64,000 nucleotides of DNA from Octopus vulgaris (lineage: Eukaryota), in contig OX597822.1 of the NCBI GenBank assembly GCA_951406725.2, forward strand, positions 3,844,001 through 3,908,000, given 5' to 3'. This document shows, piece after piece, positions 53,291-64,000 of the stretch. Made by a program: the position numbers and the translations under genes. Below the pieces are notes generated by a model. That model ran no database searches. It worked only from the letters and a program-made list of their open reading frames with translations, and was not told the origin of the DNA. How positions within the stretch are numbered: position 1 is the stretch's first letter; the number at the start of each line of letters is the position of its first letter.

Positions 53291-54100
53291 TCTATTTTCT
53301 AAAAACAAATAACAACAACAACACCACACCACCTTTCTCCCCCAACCTTCATAAATTTTCCCTCCTATTTTTCCTCACTATCAATTTATATTAAACGAGC
53401 AATATATCTTCCCTTTAATCCCCTTTTGTCATTTACATACTTTTCTCTGTATCTTTCCTTACCATTTATAAAATCTTTTTTTCTCTTATTCTTCCCTTTA
53501 ATTCCTTATTGTCATTTCTTATGACAATATGAAACTTATTCCTCTTATTTCACCTGCCTCCGCCCCCTACTCCCCCTTGTAAATTTACAAATACACACGC
53601 CAACATACACCTCTACTACATCATCCTGTAAACACGCTCACCATACACAATTCACTCTCCTTAAAATATGATTGCTAGTAGAAGCCGCCAACATTCTCGC
53701 CCATTCTATCGTGCTTTCTTCATGCATAGCATTTTCTCCTCCTTGTCCTAAAATATTTCCCAACTCTCTCCTCTCCACATTATCTTTTTTTCCCAAAGCT
53801 ACTCCCCTTGCTAAATTCTGTGATTCGACCGAAACACTAACTTGCTTAAATTGCTCTTTCTTCTCACTCTCTTATGTTGATTTTTCTTTTTCCTTCTTTT
53901 AATTCCACTCACTCTCTACATCTATATCCGCCCCCTCCAACTCTGCTCTCTGCACTTTCTGATTGAACCTTCTATGCGTTAACCTGTACCTCATTCCGAA
54001 CAACCACACACATGATTTGTTTATATTGATCATATAGTTGTGTAGACATAAGCTCCCACCCTCTCCATCAGATCGACATTACCTGCACAGGTACAACTTG

Positions 54101-54395
54101 TCAGTGGATTTCGTAGGCGGAAACTGATAGAAACTCATCGTATATATGTGCATGTATATATGTGGGGGGATGTGTGTGTGTGTGTTCGTGTCTGTGTTTG
54201 ACACCCACCACCGCTTGGCAACCGGTGTTTACATCCCACGAATAAGCAATTCGGCAAAAGAAACCGATAGAATAATTACCAGCATAACAAAAATAAGTAC
54301 GGGGGTCGATCCATTTGACTAAAATTTCTTTAAGATAGTGCCCCAGCATGGCCACAGTCTAATGACAGAAACAAGTAAAAGGATAAACGAGAAAG
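54101..54395 (+). mobile_element. SINE family A, 5'-truncated and older
   Basis: GTGGATTTCGTAGGCGGAAACTG...CCAGCATGGCCACAGTC...AAACAAGTAAAAG. Confidence 0.8.
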
Positions 54396-54639
54396 AGAAT
54401 TATATGTGCGCGTGTGTGTGTGTGTGTGTATTGTGTGTTTGTGTGTGTGTTCATGTATGTGTGTGTCTACGCACGCGTGCGTAGATTAGATATTTTCCGT
54501 GTCCAACATGACTTACACAGGCTGTTACAAATTAGGAGCGGCAAGTCCATGTTGAACTTTGACCTACTAATAAATAGCAGCTATGTTGTCATTGAATCAT
54601 ACTCTGCTTTCTTCACATGACAAAGGTCATACTAAATAA

Positions 54640-56560
54640 TGTAGACCTAAATAAAGTATATTCAGTTTTTGTTCTGAAAGTATATGGTCACATTTATAGA
54701 CTAAGTAACGATGCCTAGGAAACTGAAGATTAGCGGACGGACTTTAAGTTTGCGATACGCAGACTCCTAGTTCAGACGAACAGAAGCTATTGCCGAGGGG
54801 TAAAATTAATCAAATGATACGTACGTGTCAGCAGAAACGGTAAACAACAAGTCTAAGACAATGTATCTGATAGAAGACGAACGGTCACCAGAAGACGTGT
54901 TTGGGTCAATAAAGATTACTAAAAAATTCATAGTAAAGAAAGTTCTCTTCTAGAGAACATAGCAGAGCTAATTGACCTTGGATATTTGAAGAGATTCTAC
55001 TACTGACTGATCAAAAGGAAGCGATCTGCCGAAGAGAATGCCGAGCAAAGATACCAAGAGATCAAAAGAGCAGTGCAAAGTGCAAAAGACAAAATCAAAT
55101 TGTTGGAAGACAAATGTGCTGAGGTTGAAAAGCAATTAAAACATAATACAAGAAAGGTGCACAACATTATCAAAACCTTAAAGGAGAGGATTGCAACCAA
55201 AGCAAAGAAACACCAAAGACGTAGACGATAAAGTACTTGATGATCAACAAAGATAGAAAGAATATGGAGAAAGATTGTATGAGGACCAGTAGAAATCAAT
55301 CATGATGAAATATACGACTACCTAGCACTACTCGAATTGGAAGTAATTGGAGATACTTTTCGAAGACCTTCAAATAACAAAATTTATTGACGTTCTATCC
55401 GTAGATCTAATAAACGCGATCAGATGATGAAGAATGTGTTGTGGAAACTCTGTATAATAAGATCTTTGACCCTGGTGAATCACCGACGGACTGGGTGAGA
55501 ACAGGAATTATTTTAATACCGAAAACACCAGGAACCACCAAATATACAAATCGTCGCATCACTGCTATAATTTGCAACATAAGCAAGATCCTCCTGCGTA
55601 TCTTGCTTCGAAAGAAAGTAGGAAAAAGGGGAAATGCAAGCGAAACAGCATGGTAAAAGCATAAGAAGTAAATGTCCCTCTACACATGGCCTTTATAGAG
55701 TACAAATAGCATACAACGATCTGGTCTGTCTTGAAAGGAATGGGTGTGAATGGTAAAGTTGTCGTCCTATCTAATATTTTTTACAAGAACCAACATGTAG
55801 CCGGCAGAGTGGAGAAGGAACACTAGAAATGGTTATATAAGAAATTAATGCGTCAAGGTTGTCTCCCTTCAGATATAATGAGATATAATGTGATAGTCTA
55901 TTCATCTACATCAGTGGAGAGAACATCGATAGTCTACTGTATGCAGAGGATTTAGTACTTATTCCAATATCAGCTTTGATGCTACTGTCGAGTGGATTCT
56001 TACTGGAAATCAATACAAAGACAGAAACACCAGAGCAACTCAACTCCCAGTGCGAAGGGGTTATCAACACGAGGCACAAAGATCAACGTTAAAATCACCA
56101 AATACAATCTGGAAAAACAGAGCTCTTAACATGAACATCAGATTAAAAGTCATGAAGACACTAGTTTGATCTGTTGTACTATATGGACATGAAATGCAGA
56201 CCATAAGAGTAAATGGCTTGCAATTCCAATGCACTTGAAACAACGTGGTATCGCAGAGTAAAGAGAATGAACCGAACTCACCCTCGAACAATCGACTCAG
56301 TAATTAACGAAATGGAAACAAAAAGAGAAAACTTCAGTATTTTTGGGATGTGGTCAAGACCTGGAACGTCGACGCTTACATTTTAGGGGGGTTGAGTCTA
56401 TTGGAAATGCGGGGAACCAGAAAGACGCTGACTGAGCGACATCAAGGAATTGCTCGTAAGACCTCTGGCTGAGTGCTCGACCAAAGTTAGAAATTCTAAG
56501 GAAGGAGATGGTGCTTACGTCCATGGTGCCCCGGCCTCCGACCCTCAGAAATAGGATGGG
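54640..56560 (+). pseudogene. heavily decayed RTE-clade LINE (reverse transcriptase)
   Basis: LYNKIFDPGESPTDWVRTGIILIPK...ISKILLRILL and IWKNRALNMNIRLKVMKTLV*SVVLYGHE motifs. Confidence 0.75.
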
Positions 56561-56573
56561 TCTAGTCAAAACT

Positions 56574-56622
<49 letters not shown>

Positions 56623-56763
56623 GTGTGTGTGTGTTTGTGTGTGTAGTTATGAGAAAGCTTTTCACATGTACAATTTTAAATTATAGTTTTGGTGCACATC
56701 TATATGTGTGTGTTTGTATAGTGTATATACGTTACACACACATGCAAACACACACACACTCAT

Positions 56764-56804
<41 letters not shown>

Positions 56805-56836
56805 TGACAGTGACAGAGAGAAAGAAAAAGTATGGC

Positions 56837-56894
<58 letters not shown>

Positions 56895-57086
56895 CAGACA
56901 GGTAGGTAGGTAGATAGATCACGATTATTTGTAGTTGTAAACACTAATCTGTTTAAAAAAACCTAAGATATTATTCACGCAGAACATTCATGCATATAAA
57001 CAACACACAGATAAAGACACATACGCACACGCACATAACAATGTAGTCATGAGTGTGTATGTATGTGTGTGCTGTGTGTGAGTGCG

Positions 57087-57117
<31 letters not shown>

Positions 57118-57449
57118 ACATACGGGTGCATACGAATATTGATCTGCTCGTTGCAGCGCAGTAGCTGTGTGAAAAACAGGAACAAGGATTAATTATAGAG
57201 AAGGTCACAGCGATTTAAATCTGCGCTCACTGACTCGTGTACATTTTAGGAAATCTTTCTACCTGTCTAAAACGGTAAAGCGATTTAAACTAGACTGAGA
57301 GGATTGGCTCCGAAAAAGTTTCGTTCTTTTTAAACAAGACACTTCTATGAAGCCTATTTCAGCCTAATGTATTATTTTAATTTAAAAGGGATTAACAGCC
57401 AATAAGTATTAATGTAAACGGGGTATACAGTGTCTGAAACAGGAACTCG

Positions 57450-57894
57450 GGATCTTTTCGGTTAGAACGGCAGTTTCTTTCTAGCGGTGTCATATGAAAT
57501 TATCACCCATAATAATGACCCTAGTATCGATCTATTGCATTTCAATCTATTTTAGGGTTAGGGATAGTTAGGGTTAGTTAGGGTTAGGTTTAGGGGTGGG
57601 GGAAAGGGTAACTTTTTTTTTTTCACAAATGTAAATAAACCCAATCTATTTCTTAAACGAGGGACATATTCATACGGCACAGAATGTTTTCATCTCAATA
57701 GACGGTCATTGATTGGTCGAAATTGCAGAAATTGAAGAAAAATAACAACAAATATCTTACAAACTATAGAATTTTCTCAATAAAGCCAAGAGAAAAAGAT
57801 GTTTTATAAACACATTCTACCAGTATACGAAGTTTAAGATTTTTTAGTTACCTAGAAATTATGTTAAAAACTGCCGTTCAAACCGAAACGATTC
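57450..57894. mobile_element. MITE with 27-bp TIRs carrying TTAGGG-like repeats
   Basis: GGATCTTTTCGGTTAGAACGGCAGTTT / AAACTGCCGTTCAAACCGAAACGATTC; possible 8-bp TSD GGAACTCG / AGAACTTG. Confidence 0.8.
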
Positions 57895-58487
57895 AGAACT
57901 TGTGTCACAGTAAAGTAATATATATATATAATCCTTTCTTCTAAAGGCACAAGGGCCTGATACGGTGAGACACGTACAGCTTGCGGCGGGTTTCGAACTG
58001 GCGGCTTTCAGAGTGTGAAACAGACGTGATAACCACTCAACCGCAGAACCAGTTATCATTAAAGTAATACGTATAATGTCCGTGTTCGAGGGTGTGCATG
58101 TGCGCGTCCGTATGAGGGCGTGGGAGCTTGTATGTATGTGCGTGTATGTTTGTGTGTGTGCGTGTGTGTGTGTCTGTGTGTGTGTGTGTGCGCGCGCATG
58201 GTAACTAGACACGTATGAACTTCTCAATACATGTCTAGTGTAATCAAGAGGTTTACTCAACGAACGTATGAGTGCTCTACAACTGTTTATAAATTAGTTG
58301 GGGCTATAGCCAATATCTGAGTGTTGGTAAAATACCTAAAGAAATGGGAGCATTAAACGGAAAGAACAATTCTCTACCATAATTTAATATACAATACACA
58401 CACACACACATGCGTATGTGTGTGTGTGTATATATGTATTTATGTAATGTATGTATGTATGTGTGTATGTATATATATAGTGTGTGG

Positions 58488-58746
58488 GTGTGTCGCGCGT
58501 GGTTTAGTGGTTAGTGTATTCGGCTCATGATCGTAAGGTCGTGAGCTCGATTCCCATCCGCGCTCTGTGTCCTTGACACTTTAAATTCTCGTTGCTCCCG
58601 TCCACTTAGCTGGCAAAAATGAGATGTTACATTCGGTGTCACGCTGACTCTCCCTGAGAACTACATTACGCGTAGGAGTATTTGAGGGTTGCTAGGCAAG
58701 TTGCACGTTAATTTCACGAGTAAGCTGTTTCGTTGATTCGATCAAC
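58488..58746 (+). mobile_element. older SINE: family B head/core with tail type 1
   Basis: GCGCGTGGTTTAGTGGTTAG...GTTAATTTCACGAG. Confidence 0.7.
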
Positions 58747-60626
58747 ACGTGTCTTCCACGGTTACGTTCCAGGGTATCACAAGACTTCCTCTATAAATTA
58801 TGGATGCAAATCATCTGACGAGATTCTATAGAGCTTCCATCACAGTGTATGAGTAAACCCGAGAAGATACAAAATAGCATCTGCTCTAGATCACATGCAT
58901 CGGGATTGAAACCGGGAACTCCCGGCTGCAACGCGATTTTCTTAACCATTCGGCTAAAATCTAGATATATAGCATTTCTTCTTACAGAAACACGGGAGGA
59001 ATTTGGATAGTTTTAGAGCTTTGTGTTGATTTTCTTCAAAATAATTCCTAGTAGGCACGCGCTTCCACTGAAGTTGACCATCATGAACGCTGTGAATATG
59101 CCTTGGGATGTAACCTCTTCTGCAAATCTTTGCTTCATCGCCACAGAATAATTAGTTGCAGACTCTATGTAAACATTTGCAGTTTTACGGGTCATTGTCA
59201 TGGTAAGAAAATTATGACGCCTATTAAACCTTTTAAACCGCCCTTTCTTATAAGGATATTTTAAATCACATGTTGCATTTGCCCCTCCTGCCAAATCGCC
59301 ACACCCATGTGCGTTTAGTTTTCTCTTATATCATCGCTATCTTTATCGTCTCATTACTTTGACCCACACTCAAGAACATTTCCATTCTAAGCATCACTTC
59401 AAATCTATGAAAAATAATATCCGGGTATTCAACAGAGTTGCTGCATGAGGACTTTCCCTAATTCTTATTTTTATTAACATATAATATAAAATACAGTGTA
59501 CGTTTCGAGCATTGATATTTTCCCAATTCTTGTGCGTTTTACCACGCATGAAAGCTCTGTAAAATATCGAGATGAACATCCAAAACAATTCCTGTGCAGT
59601 TCCTGTTTGTAACACTATCTTTTCTTTCCATTGATGGCCTCTTTCCATTCATCTACACTAAGGGTTATGCACTATAATTTACATGTTATTAGTTAAGTCC
59701 AGCTGCATCTAAGTTAGACAGAAGATCCAAATAGCAGCACACCAGAATACGAGGAAGGTAAAGATTTTCTGTTACTGCTTTATTATTTCTGACGTAGAAT
59801 TATTCAGAGAAATTGGTGAAAGGATGAATTGGGAGAAAGTAATCATTGATTATAGTAAGAAGACCCAGATCAGTTAAAATTGCGGTATTAGTTAAACTAG
59901 GTGATGTGTGCTTAAGATGGATTACCTTGATGCTGGCAATGGTGTATATTAATATCAAAGAAAATATGTTTAGTTCAAATTTTCAATTATCAATATACAA
60001 AGGTTTCTTCATACTTCGAAGAAAACCATGTCAGAAACGTTTCAGTTTCAAATTTTTCATGATTTGAAATTAGACATAATTTTCTTGGCAGTGTTTGAAA
60101 GAATATTAAGCTACGCCGCTTGCTGTGTGGTGATTACGTACCGCTTTGTTTCTTTCGTTTGTTTTTCATTAGAGAACAGTTACGTAACTTGTATTCGTAA
60201 CGGAGTTTCACTATATGTCTATAATACAGCATTGATTTTCTTGTTGCCATGTTTATGGTTATTTAGAGTGTAATAGTGTAGGAGTAATTGCAAGAAACCA
60301 GAAATCAGCGAGGAAGAGAAAACATTACTTAAATGTGTTGTTACTTTATAGGTTTTGTTAACAAATTTGTGTTGTGCCCTGTAGCGGAGAGTTAATTTAT
60401 TGCACTCGCTACCACGAACCTATACACATTAATGCATGCATGCACACAAACGCAGACATGGATACTCACACACATATGCACTGCACACGCATACATGCAT
60501 ACATCATCACATATAATCAGTGTCATATATACACTTCATATTTCACATCTTTCATTTCTCTCTCCTCTCGCTCTCGCTCTTAGAGAGTATTTTCATACAT
60601 ACACACACACATACGTACACACACAC

Positions 60627-60629
<3 letters not shown>

Positions 60630-60673
<44 letters not shown>

Positions 60674-60995
60674 GAGAGACAGGGAAAAGTCAGAAAGAAA
60701 GAAAGAAAGAAAGAAAGAAAGGAAGGAAGGAAGGAACAAAGAAAGAAAGAAAGAAATTGAGAGAAATATATTCAGATATAGATGTATATTATATACATAT
60801 GCATATATATATGTATGTATATACGTATATAGATAGATACAAAGATAGAGAGTTAGAGAGTTAAAGAGATAGAGAGAGAGATACATACATACATACATAT
60901 ATACATACATACATACATACATACATACATACATACATACATACATACATACATACATACATACATACATACATACATACATACATACATACATG
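60630..60995. repeat. compound (TA)n/(GAAA)n/(TACA)n microsatellites
   Basis: direct reading. Confidence 0.9.
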
Positions 60996-61352
60996 CACTT
61001 ACACAGAGAGAGTGAGAGGAGAGAGAGTCAGAGAAAGAAGTGTGTATGTGTATGTATGAATTATGGTTACATTCCGTAAACATTACCTGCTTTAAGCAAC
61101 CCCCCTCACAATTATAGAATGTAATTGTATTAGGTATAACCATACATTAAATAAAATGGCCGCTAATTTTCAACGGCAGCCATCTTAATGGTCTTTTAGC
61201 AAGACATTTTTCTTATTTATGTAATATTTCACTGAATCTCTTAGGAAAACTATATATTCCTTACTTGAAGTGTCAGAATAAATGTTTCAAACATTTTGCC
61301 AAACTTTTTATGTATCCATCCAATCAAATACCATATGTGTGTGTGTGTGTCA

Positions 61353-61408
<56 letters not shown>

Positions 61409-61459
61409 ATATATATATATATATATATGTATATGCGTATATATATCCATATGTATAGG

Positions 61460-61496
<37 letters not shown>

Positions 61497-61608
61497 ATGC
61501 ATCCATATGTATGGGTATAGGTATATATATATAAATATATATATATATATACACATATATATATATACATGAATATTCATATGTACATGTATCTGTATGT
61601 ATCTATAT

Positions 61609-61646
<38 letters not shown>

Positions 61647-61825
61647 GTATCCCCACACACTCACATACACACACATATGTGTGTGCGGATTGTTTGTGTG
61701 TTCATATTTATGTCTGTTCATTGTTAATCGGGTTTCAAATAATATGAGCAGGTGTATAAATCTGAAGCGTAGTTCCAGTTATAGACACATACATGCATAT
61801 ACATGTATAGTTTTAAATATATATA

Positions 61826-62676
61826 CAGGGTATGACGGGTAAATTGTCGCTATTTTATGTTTTTAATTTTGCACATGCGCATTGTTTATTATTGATTTTG
61901 TTGACTACACAGTATAGTAGGGTCAGTTGGGTACCGTCTGTAGGAAAAACAGCACTATCACGCAATTCACTCTGCCAGAAATTTTGAAACGACATGCTGT
62001 ACTGCTTGGCATTCGAGCCGGAAGCTCCAATACGAACATATTGCGAACACACCGAATAACCGTTGGCTTGCCTTGTCCCCAAAACATGTACTGAGCTTGA
62101 TAAATATCAAACATCCAGTGAACATTATGGTGTTTAGTGTGATCATTAGTAATGGCGACGTTATGGCTCCATTCATCATCCCATACGGCCTGAGATTCGA
62201 CACGGATTTCTATATCAAGTGCCTGGAGAAGGTAGTTCTGCCCTGGATGACGAGGGTGGCTGCTGGAAGACTATGGTTAGCAACAAGCCTCTGCACCATA
62301 CCACACAAGCTGGAGAAACTAGTCATGGCTGTCACACAGTTTCTGCGACCACATCACCCTTAACATGTGGCCACCTAACTTCCCAGACTGCAAACGGCTT
62401 GGTTATTATGTGTGGGGCGCCGTTGAGCATAAGGCTAACAAAACTCCTTGTAACATTAGAAATGAACTGAAGGCAAGGATTATGGCAGTACTGACCAACT
62501 TGAACAAGAAGACGAGTCGCAGGAGATTCCGATGTCGTCTGGGGGCCATGATTGAAGCCAATGGCGATTTTATTGAATAAATTTACTCTTTAGTATTTCA
62601 AGACATTTTTATGTAAATTTGGTATTTGGTAAATATATATGCTAAAATGAGATGCCAATTCATTCACCGCATCCTG
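61826..62676 (+). mobile_element. internally deleted Tc1/mariner (DD37D/maT-like), same family as 8703-9786
   Basis: TA|CAGGG...CCTG|TA; HPVNIMVFSVIISNGDVM...YIKCLEKVVLPW and WPPNFPDCKRLGYYVWG. Confidence 0.85.
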
Positions 62677-62677
62677 T

Positions 62678-62709
<32 letters not shown>

Positions 62710-62736
62710 TTATCAATGTGAAATCGTGTGTTGAAA

Positions 62737-62940
62737 TATGTTGTTGTATTTCGGATGGTCCTTTTTTTCCAAAATAAAAATGCACTGTGTTATTTTTTCA
62801 TTCACTCCTTTATTAATGTTCTTATTTTATAATTGTAACTCATGTCCATTGTCCAGAAATCCTTTGTCACACATCTGTGACCTCTTCAGTGACACTTTCC
62901 ATCTCTGTGTGTGTTCTTGCTCCACTTGCTCCATTCTGTT
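62737..62940. mobile_element. partial copy of the MITE at 1139-1458
   Basis: TTGTTGTATTTCGGATGGTC...TAACTCATGTCCATTGTCC...TCACACATCTGTGACCTCTTCA. Confidence 0.75.
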
Positions 62941-63721
62941 CTTCTAGCATGTGTATCCTTCTGTGCGCATGCGTTTGTGTCCTTGTTTGCGTGTGTGCGT
63001 GAATGTATATGTGTGTGTGTGTGTGTATGCTTGTCTGTGTGTGTCATAAATTTTAGTAGCCCCCATCCTCTCACTCTATTGTGCTGCTGCTGTCCTAAGA
63101 CCCGAAAGAAATATGGTAAGTTCTTTATTCTTCTGTGTATGAGTGTTCGCGCCCAGTGTTTCCATCGTGGAAGTTGTTATTGCCATCGTTGGCACCGTTG
63201 CTGCTGCTGCTGGCCGTGTTAGATGTGTTGTGGACATCCTTATGGCCATTCAGGAAATTTCATGTGTGTACGGGTTTGGTTCATTTGTATCCATACCCTT
63301 TATACGGTTGCATTTGTTCATTTTATCTGTCTTACAATTTTCACAAATATGTAGCAGATATATTTATATATATATTCATTTATCTATTCATATCTTTATT
63401 TACTTATTTTTTATACATATATCTCTATTTCTCGTGTCACAGGTAAGTGCATATTTGTCTATTATGTGTGTACCATCCTGTATGTTTCTGTGTATTATTT
63501 ACGGTTTTTTCTCTGCTTTTTTCTTTCACTTTTCCTCTCTCTTCACACACACACACATATCCATATATATATGTATACATATATCGAGAGACAGACACAC
63601 AGACAGACAAAGACAGACACACAGACATACGGATATGTTTCTTTATTAGCCACACAGGGCTAAACACAGAGGGGACAAATTACAGAGTAGAGCTTTTCTT
63701 TTAGGGGAGAAAAAAAGGAAG

Positions 63722-63813
63722 AGACAGACAGACAGACAAACAGACAGACAAACAGACACGCAGGCAGACATACACACAGACACACAGACAGACACACAGA
63801 CAGACAGACAGAC

Positions 63814-63891
<78 letters not shown>
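63722..63891. repeat. (CAGA)n(TAGA)n microsatellite
   Basis: direct reading. Confidence 0.95.
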
Positions 63892-64000
63892 CATGTGCAT
63901 GTATGTATATATTTATGCATATATGCATACACGCACGTAGAAACCTGTACACTCGTACACATACATGTGCACATATGTATATGCATACATGTGGTAAGAT

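Noticed and set aside
57552-57596. Interstitial telomere or chromosome-fusion site
   Set aside because: The tract is short, degenerate, one-directional and contained within a MITE
63143-63649. 168-aa hydrophobic ORF
   Set aside because: It runs through T-rich and microsatellite sequence and has no family motifs

Overview
AT-rich, repeat-saturated eukaryotic DNA. The tRNA-derived SINE families and dense (TA)n/(TG)n/(TAGA)n/(TACA)n microsatellites look like an octopus (coleoid cephalopod) intronic or intergenic region; the taxon is an inference. I recognise no intact host gene, and most listed ORFs are microsatellite artefacts. Content: many modular SINEs; five decayed Tc1/mariner elements (DD34D, DD37D, DD41D types); several ~390-bp non-autonomous Helitrons; MITEs; and relics of CR1/L2, RTE, R4/Dong and two Penelope-like retroelements. 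The standout is 41889-43129. It is a 492-bp tandem unit in which each copy carries a complete type I hammerhead ribozyme with an unusually long stem II, preceded by an inverted partial copy and embedded in (TA)n. This is a candidate retrozyme that could release a 492-nt circular RNA. A second intact-looking hammerhead lies in a perfect 62-bp palindrome at 28892-29021, and decayed hammerhead motifs occur at 31565 and ~33100. All calls were made by eye; boundaries of old elements are approximate.
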